Part shown: positions 25,108 through 37,572 of the stretch, piece by piece | Layout: each line of letters begins with the position of its first letter | How positions within the stretch are numbered: the first letter of the stretch is position 1 | Program-made: the position numbers and the translations under genes | Notes under the pieces: model-generated | The model's input: the letters and a program-made list of their open reading frames with translations, nothing else | What the model was told of the DNA's origin: nothing | Database searches by the model: none | Source of the DNA: Chiloscyllium plagiosum | Taxonomy: Eukaryota | DNA length: 64,000 bases | Assembly: GCF_004010195.1 (NCBI RefSeq) | Contig: NC_057755.1 | Location: forward strand, 6,806,529 to 6,870,528 | Direction: 5' to 3'

Positions 25108-27562
25108 AATGAGGAGTGCAGATGCTGGAGATCAGAGTAGAATTGTGTTGTGCTGGAAATACACAGCCGGTCAGGCAGCATCCACGGAGAAGGAGAATGG
25201 ACGTTTCGAGCATAAGCACTTCATCGGGAATAAGGCTTGTGTCCCAAGGGGGCTGAGAGATAAATGGAATGTGGTGAGGGATTGGGACGTCGAAAGTGAC
25301 TGGGAAAGCAATAGATAGATAAATGTGTGGCTGATGGCGATAGGTTGGAGAGCAGGGTGCAGCAGATAGCGGGAAGGAAGATGGCCAGATCAGACAGTTC
25401 GAGAGGGTGTTGCAGAAATTGAAGTTTTGGACTGGGATATGTTAGAGCAAGAGAAATTAGGAAACTGGTGAAATCCACATTGACCCATGTGGTTGGAGAG
25501 TCTCACTCTCTCATCCTCGCAACATGCAGTACTCCACACCTTCTGCACCAAACCTAACCTCACTGTCAAACCAGCAGTCAACGAGTAGTGGCGAGGCGGG
25601 GTGGATGGTGTGGGGGTAAGCTGTGCTAGTTTGGAACACCGACCTCAAGACTGCTGAAGCCAGGCACCAATTCACAGACACCTCCTCCTATTAACCAGCC
25701 GAATATGACCTTACCTTCTATCACCAAACCATTATCTCCCACAACATCCACAACCCCATGTCCTCTGGGGATCTCCCATTTTCATAGTCCAGGAAGCCAC
25801 GCCACCTCATTCTAGCTCAGGTACGTGCGGGACACCACCGATACCCTCCAATAGCTCCATGAATTCATTTTCCCTGTCCCATAACGGCTTGGAGATGGGC
25901 ATCCATGGACATGGACATCGACATCCAGTCCCTGTGCACATGTATCCGCCATGACGAAGGCCTCAAAGCCCTCCCTTTCTTCCTCTCACGCCAACTCAAC
26001 CAGTACGCTTCAAATGACCTTTCAATCCTCACCTTCAACAATTTCTCCTTCCCATCCTCCTACTTCATCCAGACGGAAAGGAGTGATCATGGGCGCACAC
26101 ATGTGCGCCAGCTATGCCTACCTCTACATCAGGTACATGGAACATTCCATTCTCCGCAGCTGCACTGGCACCAACCCCCACCTTTTCCTCTTCTGCATTG
26201 ATGACTATATCGGCGCCACCTCGTGCTCCCACGAGGAGTTTGAACAGTTTTTCAACTTCTTCAACACCTTCCATCCTGAACTTAGTTCAACTGGACCACC
26301 TGAGACACCCCTGCCCCCTTACAGGAACTCTCGATTTCCATTTTCGACCACTGACTCAACATAGGCATCCACGACAATCCCACCGAATCCCACAGCTACC
26401 TGCACTACACCTCCTCCGATCCTGCCTCCTGTAAGAAAACTTTCCTTTATCACCAATGCCTCAGTATCTGCCACATTAGCTCCTAGGAGGACCAATTCCA
26501 CCAAGAACATCCAACATAGCCTCCATCATCAAAGATCAAAATTTTCCCTCCCACGTGGTTGATTATGCCCTCCAGCACATCTCCTCCACCTTTGCACCTC
26601 GACCTTTGAACACACCTCTTCCTACCGCAACAAGGGCAGACACCCCTGGTCTTAACCGTCCAACCCTCAACCTTCAGTGACAATGCATTCCACCATTCCA
26701 CCACCTTCAAAGAGACCGCACCAGAATTGATATACTTTCATCCCCACTCCATCTGCGTTTCAGAAAGATCATTCCCTCCGTGACTCCCTTCTCAGGTCCA
26801 CGTCTCATCCCAGCAACATTCCCTCCCCTCCTGGTACCTTGCCCTGCCACTTCCAGAAGTTCAAAATCTGCGCCCACACATACCCCTTCACCTCTATGCA
26901 AGGCCCCAAAGGATCCGACGACGTCCAACAGAAATTTACCTGCACTTCCACACACGTCATCTACTGTATTCATTGCTCTTGATGTGCTCCACTCTACATT
27001 GCGGAGACAGTATGCCAACTTGTGGATAATTTTAGAGAACATGTCCAGGACAACCTCCCCAACCAACCACACCATCCAGTGAGGGAACATTTCAACTCCC
27101 CCTCCCACTTTTACCAGGACATGCAAGTCGTGGGCCTCATCCATCGTCAAATCGTAATCACCTGACGCCTGGAAGAAGATTGCCTCATCTTCCACCTTGT
27201 GACCCTGCTACCACACGGGATTAATTTGGATTTCACCAGTTTCCCCATTTCCCCTCTCCCCAAGCTGTCCCAGACCTAACCTTCGAACTTGGCATGAACG
27301 TCTTGTCCTGTCATACCTGTCCATCTTTCTTCCCAAATATCCCCTCCACCCTCCTCTATGACCTATCACTTTTGCCCCACTTTCATCACCTGTCCTAGCT
27401 AACATCCCCCCCAACTCCACATCCCTCCCATTTACCTCTCTCAGCCCTCTTGGCCCACAAGCCTAATTCCCGATGAAAGGTTTGTGCCTGAAACGCCGAT
27501 TCCCCTCCTCCTCGGCTGCTGCCTGGCCTCCTGTTCTTTTCCAACGCCACTCTCTTTGAATC
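25108..27562 (+). mobile_element. Penelope-like element with an inverted 3' pLTR copy at its 5' side
   Basis: RT remnants (MDIDIQSLCTCIRHDEGL, MGAHMCASYAYLY, CIDDYIG) and a GIY-YIG region. 25108-25500 is an inverted copy of the 3' end at ~27200-27560. Confidence 0.88.
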
Positions 27563-27609
27563 TTACTGTCCCAGCTCCAAATATCTAAGAGACTCAAATA
27601 TACAAAGAT

Positions 27610-28330
27610 TGAATCAGCTATCTGATATTCTGTACCCAAAACCCTCAATTCAGTTCCAGTCTGTAACTGTCTCCGGAGTATCAGTTATTCTGTGTATAAC
27701 CCACCCTGAACTCCTTGATTAGATTCCAGTCTGTAATTCACTCCGGGGTATCTTTTATTCTGTATATAACCCACAGTGAACTCCTTGATGAGATACGAAT
27801 CTTTTCCTTCTCCCACGCATCTGGCATTAGAAATATAGACTACTCCATGCTCCTCAATTCAGTTCCAGTCTATAACTCACTCCCGGGTACCTCTTTTTCT
27901 ACATATACCCAGCCCAAACCCCTCGATTAAATTCCGGTCTGTAAGTCATTCCAGTGTATCTCTTATTTCAAATGTAAATCACTCCGAACCCCACGATTAC
28001 ATTGCAGTCTGTAACTCATTCCCGGTTAACTGTTATCCCATATAAAAAAAACACCCAAACTCCTATGTTAGATCTTAGTATGTAAGTCACTCCTGGGTAG
28101 CTGTTATTTCAAACCACGCTGAACTCGTCTGTATCTCACTCCATATTGTGTTGCTGCATATTTAAACCACCCCAAACCTCTCAGTTTTATTCCATCTGTA
28201 ACTCACTCACGGGTAATTTTTATTCCCTATATATTCTGTCCAGATCCCTTTGATTAGATTCTAATCTGTAACCCATTCCCGGATACCCGCAGCTCTATGT
28301 AACAACATCCATACTCCTCGATTATTTTTC
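27610..28330. repeat. Degenerate ~65-70 bp tandem repeat (ttagattccagtctgtaactcactcccgggtatc.gttatt...)
   Basis: TTCCAGTCTGTAA-like core recurs about 8-9 times. Copy 2 equivalent is ~55905-56620. Confidence 0.85.
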
Positions 28331-28445
28331 AGACTCAAACAATATTTACCGATTCAATTCCCAACTCTTAATCGAATTATCCTTCATTCACACCCTGTAC
28401 TTTTGTCAGTGTGTGTGTATCTGTCTGATTCTCTCAACACTCCTA

Positions 28446-29295
28446 CAATATCTGAAAATTCCCACATCCATCCGTTCACCTTTTGAATTGGTTCATGGTG
28501 TGCATGTCACCTGGACATTCCCAGTAAGACTTTCCTATTTCACGTGTCTCATCCCCTGGGAATATTTGGAAACTCATCATGTGTCCTCCGAATATTTGGT
28601 GATACCATCATGTTAGCTTTCTGTGATTTGTATTCATGGATCCAGAAAATAATTCTTCATATCCTAGTAAGTACCACATAATCCGTGTAACTGACCCAAT
28701 GATACAGGGCCCTAGTGACACTGACACAGAAACACCCACACGCACGCAGACACACGCAGTTTATACATGTGCTAGAGAAACAAAGTTTGTATGCGAGAGA
28801 GATGTCCAATGAGTGAGTGAGCAGGAGAAAGAATGTGAATGCATGCACAAGAGAGTGCATGTGTGTGAGTGCAATATCTGAAAATTCCCACATCCATCCG
28901 TGACCTTATTGAATTGGTTCATGGTGTACATGTCCCCTGGACAATCCCAGTAAGACCTGCCCATTTCACGTGTCTCATCCCCTGGGAATATTTGGAAACT
29001 CATTATGTGTCCTCCGAATATTTGGTGACACCATCATGTTAGCTTTCTGTGATTTGTATTCATGGATCCAGAAAATAATTCTTCATATCCTGATAAGTAC
29101 CACATAATCCGTGTAACTGACCCAATGATACAGGGCCCTAGTCACACTGACACAGAAACACCCACACGCACGCAGACACACGCAGTTTATACATGTGCTA
29201 GAGAAACAGAGTTTGTATGCGAGAGAGATGTCCAATGAGTAAGTGAGCAAGAGAAAGACTGTGAATGTATGCACGAGAGAGTGCATGTGTGTGAG
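28446..29295 (+). repeat. Recent 426 bp tandem duplication specific to copy 1
   Basis: caatatctgaaaattcccacatccatccg starts at 28446 and 28872. Copy 2 has a single unit (~56729-57150). Confidence 0.9.
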
Positions 29296-29447
29296 ACATC
29301 TCTCACAAACATGTGTCTCTATCTCGCACGCAGGCATTGTCATTCTCTCTCTCTCCCACAGATGCATACACACACAGGCGTGCTCTATCTCTCTCTCTCT
29401 TTCCCTCTCTCTCTCACACACACAAAGGAATTTCAGTGAAAATAATT

Positions 29448-32400
29448 GAGCTCAGACCCTGACTGACACACTTCCTGACAAAACCTGTGTACAGTGCCCA
29501 TGATCTCCCCAGTCCTGTGTTGGAGGAGAGTGTGTGTGTGTTTGGAGTAGAGGTGGGAAATGTGAGTGTTGAGGGGCAGGAATGTGATCTATGTTTTGAA
29601 TTCCCAAACTCTGCCGATATTTTTTGAGAAAGTGAAAGAAAATAGGATATTGGTAGTTAGAAATGGCTGCCCGAAGAGCAGAGCAGGGAGAGACAGATTG
29701 AACAGAGAGGCACAGGGATAGAGAGAGAGAGAGAGAGAGAGAGATTTTGATTCTGGGAACCACATGTACAGCAGGAACGTGCCAAGACGTCCTCAGCAAA
29801 TATCCCCTTCTCTACCCAGCACTGTGTCTGCCTCAGGGTGTCTACAGTCAAGCTCTTGGACGCTAGTTTTGGCCCAATGTTTAATATTTTCAAACTGCAT
29901 TGACATGACCAACAAGGCTTAAGGAAGAGATTAATCATGAGGAATGGTAACGCTTTACTGTCCTAGCATTAAGGGCGGAATGGTGGCACAGTGGTCAGCA
30001 CTGCTGCCTCACAGCGCCAGAGCCCGGGTTCAATTCCCGCCTCAGGCAACTCTCTGTGTGGAGTTTGCACATTCTCCCCGTGTCTGCGTGTGTTTCCTCC
30101 GGGTGCTCCGGTTTCCTCCCACAATCCAAAAATGTGCAGGTTAGGTGAATTGGCCACGCTTAATTGCCCGTAGTGTTAAGTGTAGGGGAATGGGTCGGGC
30201 TGGGCTGCGGGTCGGTGCGGACTTGTTGAGCCGAAGGGCCTGTTTCCACACTGTAAGTAATCTAATTAACATCTCAGTGCGCAGAAAGAGCCAACAAGGC
30301 TCCTGTCCTGGGAATTAACATCTCAATCACACCACGCCCTCCCCAGGGACTGACAGACGTTGCAATGTGTCAAAGATTGAAGGTGTGGAGTCCACAAACT
30401 CTCCACTGAGAACAAATGTGGTCAAGAAACTGACAGACTAATTATTAAATGCTGTTCTTTTTTCTCTTTCTCTCGAATGTGAGCAGTTTTCCTAGTCTGG
30501 AAGTGTGCGTGTTTGTGTGTTTATTAATGTTTCCAGCCTCTGCTTATTGTTGTAGGGAAAGCTGCAAATTAAGATCCAAAATGATTAGGGCCTGGAAAGC
30601 ATTGCTAAGGAATAACCTCCAGAAGGGAGCACGGGCCAGAGGCCTGAGAGCTGTTGGCCCGGATGCACCCAGTGGGGCCCAGGTGAGATGTGGTCTGCTT
30701 ATTACCCCGAGATTTCGTATCCTCCGGTGGGGGAGAGTGGATTGTAGGGATCTCTGGTTAACTGGGTACTATCAGAAAGTTGCCCTGTGGTTTTTTAAAA
30801 GAGGTTGGAAGCCTGTGGTTAAAGTAACTGGGGCCTTGTGGTTGTGACAAAACACAGGTTAAATTCCGGGATCTGGGATGCAGGACTCCCCGAGGAGGGG
30901 ATTGAAACCCAAAATATCTGACCCTTTGTAAAGACTTGTCGCACTGTCAGAATAATGTGGCTCGTAGAGATGGCAGGATGATAAAATATGACAGGGAGAG
31001 AAAGAGAGTGAGATAAAGCGAGTGAGAGAAAGAATTGAAAAGTGGAGAGAGCAGGAGAAATAGAAAGAGACAGGTAGAATGGGAGAGAGAAGGAGAGAGA
31101 GAGAGAGAAAGAGAGAGAGACAATGTGAGATTGTGAATTAGCTGTAATGCTCCATTCTGAGGTGACAGGAAATAATTAAACTGAACGAGCTTCACGGAGG
31201 GAAATAAAAGAAAGATCAGATTATCAAGCTCCTGAAGCATTGTTGCATGTGGGATCTTGATGTGCAGCAGATGCCATTGTTGCAGGAACTGAGTGCTTTA
31301 ATCAGCTAATCCATCATTTCAAAAACTTTTCCAACATGAAAACTCAACTCCATGCTGGATATGTTTGTATTCTCCCATCAAATATTTTTGTATCTGGAAA
31401 GATCCATTTGGACGGAAAGATACAGCATGAGTTGAAAAGCAAAGCTTGAACATCTTTTACAGGGACAAAACACAGCAAGATCTCAGGCTTTCTCCTCTCA
31501 GTGACACAGATAATCTCTCTCTCAGTTTCTCTCTCACACCTACACACACAGACATTTCAGTGATAGTTGAGCTCAGACCCTCACTGACACACCTTCTGAC
31601 AAAACCTGTGTACAGTCCACATGACCACTTCAGAACTGTGTGGAGGTGATGGGGGAGCAGAGAGGGTGAAATAAGGGACTTGGGGGCAGGCACGTGATCA
31701 ATGATTTATATTTCTAATCTCTGCTGATATATTTGAGAAAGGTTACAAGAGATTTAAAATCAAGACAGAAATGGCTGTATGTAGAGCAGGGCAGAGAGAA
31801 ACAGTCAGAGAGACACAGGGACAGAGAGCGAGAGAGAGAGAGAGAGAGAGAGAGTTTAATTGTGGGATCCACAGCAGGAATTTCCTCACAGATCCTCAGC
31901 AAATAAGTCCCTCTCTTCCCAGTGCTGTATGTGTCTCGGGGTGTCTACATTCAGGCTCTTAGACGCTATTGTGAGCCTCGTGTTCAATAATTTCAAACTG
32001 CACCGACATGACTAACAAGGCTTAATGAAGGTTTTAACCGACTAGGAATGGTAACACATTGCTGCCATAGAATTAACTCAGTGGGTAGCAAGGTCCAACA
32101 AGGCTCCAGTCCTGGCAATTACTACCTCAATCTCACGGATCTCTCCCCAGGGAGCGGACTGACAGACATTGCAATGTGTCAGAGTTTGCAGGGTTGGAGT
32201 CTACAAACACCTCACCGATAATAAATGTGGGCAAGAAATGGTCATATTAATTCTTAAACCCTGCTGTCGTTCTCTTTCTCTTTCTCTTTCTCTCTGTCTG
32301 TTGAGAGTGAGCACCTCTCCCAGTCTGGTTGAGTGTGTTTGAGTGTGTTTATTAATATTAGGTCTCTGGTTGATTGCTGTCTTATATTTGTTTGTATTTT

Positions 32401-33530
32401 GTTTTTGCTGTGATGTCAAGCAATGTGTTGGGGATGATGAAGGGGTGCTTTTAAACCTGGGATCTTGCAATGTATTTTTGTATCAATGACCTCTCTCTCC
32501 CCGCTTTCAACTCAGCTTTTCTCTCTATTAACTATGGACCATTTGTTGCAAAAGCAGAAAAGCGAACATTCAAATTGATTAGGCCTGGGAAAGCATTGGA
32601 CGCAGAAAACCTCCAGAAGGGAAGCATGGGCCTGAGGCCCAAGGCCTGTTCACCAGGCTGCACCCTCTCCAGCCAAGGAGAGTCGTGGTGTGTTGATTAC
32701 CCCGAAGTTTCATCTCCTCTGGCAATGGGGTTGAGGGTGGCTTTGGGGGCGTGGGAGGCCTGGCTTTAGGGGGCTCTGGTTAACTGGGTACTGTCAAGTT
32801 GCGGAGTTGTCATTTTTAAAACAGATTTGAAACCGAGGGTTGACGTAACTGAGGCCATGGGATTGTGACACAAAATGGTTAACCCCCAGTATCTGGGAGG
32901 CGGGACTCCCTGAGGAGTGAGTTTAAACTCAAAATATCTGACCCAACATAAAGACTTGTCACACTATCAGAGTAATGTGTGTCACAGAGAGGGCTCGGTG
33001 ATTAAAAATTTAACAGTGAGCGAAAGAGAGTGAGAGAAAGAACATAAAAATGGAGACAGCAGGAGAAACAGAAGGAGAGAGAGAGGCATCGTGAGGTTAT
33101 GAAATAGCTGAAATGTTCAATTCTGGAATGACAGGTATAATAAAACTGAACCAGCATCACAGAGGGAAATAAGAGTGATCAGATAATGGAGCTGCTGCAG
33201 CATTGTCACGTGTTCGACCTTGCTGTGTGTCAGATGCCCAAACGCCTCCGTTGCCTCCCCAAACCCACTCCCACACGCACTCCCAGAGTCATGGAATCAG
33301 CTAACCTGTCATTTCAAAACGTTTTTCAATGTGAAACCTCAATTCACTTCCTGATACGTTGGTGTTGGATACTGCTGAGAAATTGTGTCACTCAGAGGTG
33401 AAAATCAGGGATCTTGCTGTGCTATTTCCCAGTGAAAGATTTTTCCACTTTGGCTTTCAAGTAATGCTGCCTCTTTCCTCACAAAAGAATCTTTCCAGCC
33501 ACTCGAAGAGTTGAAGAAAGAGAGTTTGGG
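29448..33530. repeat. Ancient ~2.1 kb tandem duplication of an unclassified sequence (unit A 29448-31568, unit B 31569-~33530; partial third unit ~34625-34830)
   Basis: Both units start gagctcagaccct.actgacaca and share ordered blocks (cctcagcaaat, aacaaggcttaa, aacctccagaagg, tggttaactgggtact, gc.ggactccc.gagg, aaaatatctgaccc). Copy 2 units start at 57308 and 59631. Confidence 0.8.
29973..30266 (+). mobile_element. HE1-type SINE (tRNA-derived, V-SINE)
   Basis: A box tggcacagtgg, B box ggttcaattcc, V-domain gtgtggagtttgcacattctcccc...ggtttcctcccac, and CR1-like 3' end gccgaagggcctgtttccacactgtaagtaatctaat. Confidence 0.93.
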
Positions 33531-35496
33531 ACCAGGAAACCCTCAAACAGGCACTTTCTCCTGAGGGGACCCAGTCCTGAGGCCTGTTTGAGACAATCTG
33601 TTTATTTCAATTCAATTCACTGAGTACCTGGTGGGGGTGTGTGTGTGTGGGGGTGGGAGGGGGTGCGGAGGGGGAGGTGGTGGAGTTGATGGTCTCTGTC
33701 TGCCTTACTGTTTGTCCCCTCTCTTGAAACCTCTCCCCCTTTTTTGTTGAAGTTTCAACCAAATAAAAATTTGACAGAGTGACAAAGAGATAGAGATATT
33801 TAAAAATGGAAATAGAGAGAGAGAAAGAGAGAGAGAGAGAGGAAGATGGAAAAATAGATGCAGAGACAAGGAGAGAGAGAGAGACAGGCAGGGAAAGACG
33901 TAGATAAAGACCACAGCCAGAATTGTGAATTGTGAAAGTGCTGGCATTAATAGGATCTTGCTGTGTGGAAATGGCATGGAGGCATTGTGTTCCGGACAGG
34001 TTGTTGCTAGGGATGGGGTGGGGTATTCTGGCACAGAGCAAAGAAGAGGAAATATCATGAATAATGCCTTTTGGATCTTGATGTGCACCCCTCCGCCCGT
34101 GGGTCACCTATTACACATCAGAGCAGCGTGTGTACATGGCAAAGGCTCTGTATCATACCACCTTTACCCAGCACAGACCATCCCCAATCTCTCCTCCCAC
34201 ACCCACCAGAATGTTTTATTGCTGTGGATAATATATTCGGGACAGAACAGGGAGATGGGAACAACTTTAAATTGGGGCCAGGGAGGAGAGGCCATTTCAA
34301 TCAGAATGGAGGGGGCATGGAGAGAGAGGGAGAGAAGAAGGTGAAGGAGAGTGAAGGATGGGTGGGGGTGGAGAAAGAGGGGACAGAGGAGCTGTGGGAG
34401 AGACATAGATCGATTCTCGAGAGCAGGAGAAAGCTAAGGAGAGATGGACAAGGAGATAGGGACAGAGCGAGAGGGACAATGAGATAGGGAAGGGAGGAAG
34501 AATCACAGTGAATGGGAAGGAGTTGGGAGAGATAAAGGGCGGAAGAGCGAGAGAGTGAAAGAGGAAAGGTCTGAGTGGTGGGTGGAAAGAAAGAGGAACA
34601 AGTGAAAAAGAGACAGCTGACTGCCCCAGTGGAAGGTTTTAAAACGGGCTTAAAGCCTGGGGTTAAATAACCAGGGCGTTTAGATTGTGACACAAACAGG
34701 ATAACCACCAGGTTCTGGGAAGCAGGACTCCCGAGGTGGGAATTAATAACATAAATGAGAAACTCTCTCCCAAGGCTGCGTTCTCATCTCAGAGCATCTC
34801 AGTGCTTCGCCAGGGGGATAAAATGTGATAATCACAGAAATAACACATAGGCTGGACATTTGAATTGAATTCACTGAGTATTTGCGAGGTCATGGTCTCT
34901 CTGTGTCTTTCTCTCCAGTTTTCTTTTGTTCAATTTTCAAACAAATAAAATCATCACACAAAAGAGAGCCGTCGTTATTTAAGGAGGGGTTGTGATAAAC
35001 AAAAAGTGTACAGGATTAAATCAGACAGAAAGTAAGAGAGAGATATCAGAGGAGGGGGGAGGGAAGAGAGGTCGGGGGAGGGGGGGAGCAGACAGCGAGA
35101 AGGGGAACAGAATAGAAACGGGTGAACTTTGGAATTTGCCAAACAGTAGGATTGGTCCCTCTGTGTCGTCTTGGAGACACAATCAAACCCTTAACGAGCC
35201 TCACTGACACACCTTCCCATCTCTGTCCTGTTCACATTCCCCTGCCGATTCCATTCCCACAACTCTCTAGATCCTCCCTCTTCCATGGAACTGTTGAATT
35301 GTTCAATCCTCAACCTCCCAGCTCACCTCTCCCCACACCTTTCTCTCTCTGTCAGCCCTGCGGGATTTTGCTGTTCCTGGCTGAGGATCGTTATGTCGGT
35401 CTAGTACAAACACAACCTCACCCCATTTCATCACAGGCCTGTCTGATGTATCACTCTTTCTTTGGCTGCTCTTCTCTCATTCTCTCCCTGGATTTC

Positions 35497-36370
35497 NNNN
35501 NNNNNNNNNNNNNNNNNNNNNNNNNNNNNNNNNNNNNNNNNNNNNNNNNNNNNNNNNNNNNNNNNNNNNNNNNNNNNNNNNNNNNNNNNNNNNNNNNNNN
35601 NNNNNNNNNNNNNNNNNNNNNNNNNNNNNNNNNNNNNNNNNNNNNNNNNNNNNNNNNNNNNNNNNNNNNNNNNNNNNNNNNNNNNNNNNNNNNNNNNNNN
35701 NNNNNNNNNNNNNNNNNNNNNNNNNNNNNNNNNNNNNNNNNNNNNNNNNNNNNNNNNNNNNNNNNNNNNNNNNNNNNNNNNNNNNNNNNNNNNNNNNNNN
35801 NNNNNNNNNNNNNNNNNNNNNNNNNNNNNNNNNNNNNNNNNNNNNNNNNNNNNNNNNNNNNNNNNNNNNNNNNNNNNNNNNNNNNNNNNNNNNNNNNNNN
35901 NNNNNNNNNNNNNNNNNNNNNNNNNNNNNNNNNNNNNNNNNNNNNNNNNNNNNNNNNNNNNNNNNNNNNNNNNNNNNNNNNNNNNNNNNNNNNNNNNNNN
36001 NNNNNNNNNNNNNNNNNNNNNNNNNNNNNNNNNNNNNNNNNNNNNNNNNNNNNNNNNNNNNNNNNNNNNNNNNNNNNNNNNNNNNNNNNNNNNNNNNNNN
36101 NNNNNNNNNNNNNNNNNNNNNNNNNNNNNNNNNNNNNNNNNNNNNNNNNNNNNNNNNNNNNNNNNNNNNNNNNNNNNNNNNNNNNNNNNNNNNNNNNNNN
36201 NNNNNNNNNNNNNNNNNNNNNNNNNNNNNNNNNNNNNNNNNNNNNNNNNNNNNNNNNNNNNNNNNNNNNNNNNNNNNNNNNNNNNNNNNNNNNNNNNNNN
36301 NNNNNNNNNNNNNNNNNNNNNNNNNNNNNNNNNNNNNNNNNNNNNNNNNNNNNNNNNNNNNNNNNNNNNN
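35497..36370. other. Assembly gap (874 N)
   Basis: Run of N. Confidence 1.
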
Positions 36371-36639
36371 CTCGCTTTCTATCCCTCCTCCCTATTTGTC
36401 CCTAATCACCTTCGCTTTCTCTCTCCTCCCTCCCATATATTCCTCACCTCGCTCCCTTTCTCTCTCTCCCTCCTTATCTGCCCCTCACCTCCTTTGCTTT
36501 CTTTATCCCTCCATAATTATCGACCATCTCCCTCCCCTTCTCTCCCCCTCCCTATCTGTCCCTCATGTTCCTGGCTTTCTCTGTCCCCCCCACACCCCCA
36601 CCTGTTCCTCTCTCACCTCCCTCAGTCCTGCTCTTCCGA

Positions 36640-37572
36640 CGCTGCTCCGGGAAGCGAGAAAGGAGGTTGCTGAGCCACTGTTGATGATATTTGCCTCCTC
36701 ACTCTCCACAGAAGTCATACTGGAGAATTGTAAGGAGGTGAATATTGTTTGTCTTTTCAAGAAGGGTAATAAGGTAATCCCTGGCAATTACAGAGCAGTC
36801 AGTTTTACATCTGTGGCCAACAATGTTTTGGAAAGAATTCTGAGGGATAGGATTCATGAGTATTCGACAAAGCATAGTGTGATTAAAGGCAGTCAGCATG
36901 GCTTTGTGAGGGGCAGGTCATGCCTCATAAAATCGTATTGAGTTCTTTTAGGAGGCGTCAAAACAGAATGATGACGGTCGAGCAGTGGACGTGGTGCATA
37001 TGGCATTCAGCAAGGCATTTAATAGGGTTCCCCATTGTAGGCTCATTTATAAAGTCAGGAAGTATGGGACACATGGAGATTTGGCTGTCGGGATTCAGAA
37101 TTGGCTGGCTGACAGAAGGCAGAGTGTGTTTGCAGATGGAAAGTATTCCAAAGTTGAATGGGGTCCCGCAGAGCTCTGTTCTTGAGCCTCTGCTCTTTGT
37201 AGTTTTGATAAATGACTTGGATGAGGAGGTTGAGGGGTAGGTTAGTAAATTTGCAGATGACACAGAGGTTGGTGGTGTCATCGATAGTATAGAGGGCTAC
37301 TGCAGGCTGCAGCGCAACATAGACAGGATGCAGAGACGTCAGGGGTAGGTTCTTTATGCAGAGAGTTGTGAAAGCATGGAATGCGTTGCCAGCTGTGGTG
37401 GTGGAAGCAAAGTCATTGGGGACATTTAAGTGACTGCTGGACATGCACATGGATAGCAGTGAGTTGAGATGTGAGTAGGTTCAGTTACTATATTTTACAT
37501 TCGGATTAAATCTGGGCACAACATCATGGCCCAAAGGGACTGTTCTGTGCTGTAAGTTCTGTGTTCTATGTT
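36640..37572 (+). mobile_element. 5'-truncated CR1 LINE with an internal deletion; same subfamily as 1-3135
   Basis: LFKKGNKVIPGNYRAVS and GSQHGFVRGRSCL. Jumps from the RT region to the 3' end at ~37335. 3' UTR matches 2990-3130. Confidence 0.88.

Larger units (their letters stand above)
14850..35250 (+). repeat. Segmental duplication, copy 1 (paired with ~40570-64000)
   Basis: Colinear, high-identity match of TEs, unique intron sequence, the GPCR exon and downstream repeats. Offset is ~25.8 kb at the GPCR exon, rising to ~28.7 kb at the end. Confidence 0.95.

Noticed and set aside
28872..29150. VWD-domain (GLCGTY) or gamma-crystallin-like exon
   Set aside because: Only a few residues resemble these families and all minus-strand frames contain stops, so there is not enough for a call.
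29455..29495. Immunoglobulin/TCR recombination signal sequence (cactgac...acaaaacc; also the CACAGCA motif)
   Set aside because: The heptamer and spacer do not fit the 12/23 consensus, and no V, D or J coding segment is recognisable nearby.
29973..30045. tRNA gene
   Set aside because: It is the tRNA-derived head of an HE1 SINE and continues into the V-domain and LINE-like tail.
30449..30847. Novel 132 aa protein (and similar ORFs at 32470, 33925, 34071, 62004)
   Set aside because: No recognisable domain, and frames and lengths are not preserved between the duplicated copies or between units A and B.
35122..36673. Long ORFs of 403-427 aa (and similar ones at 39369-40326)
   Set aside because: Artefacts of translating through N runs.
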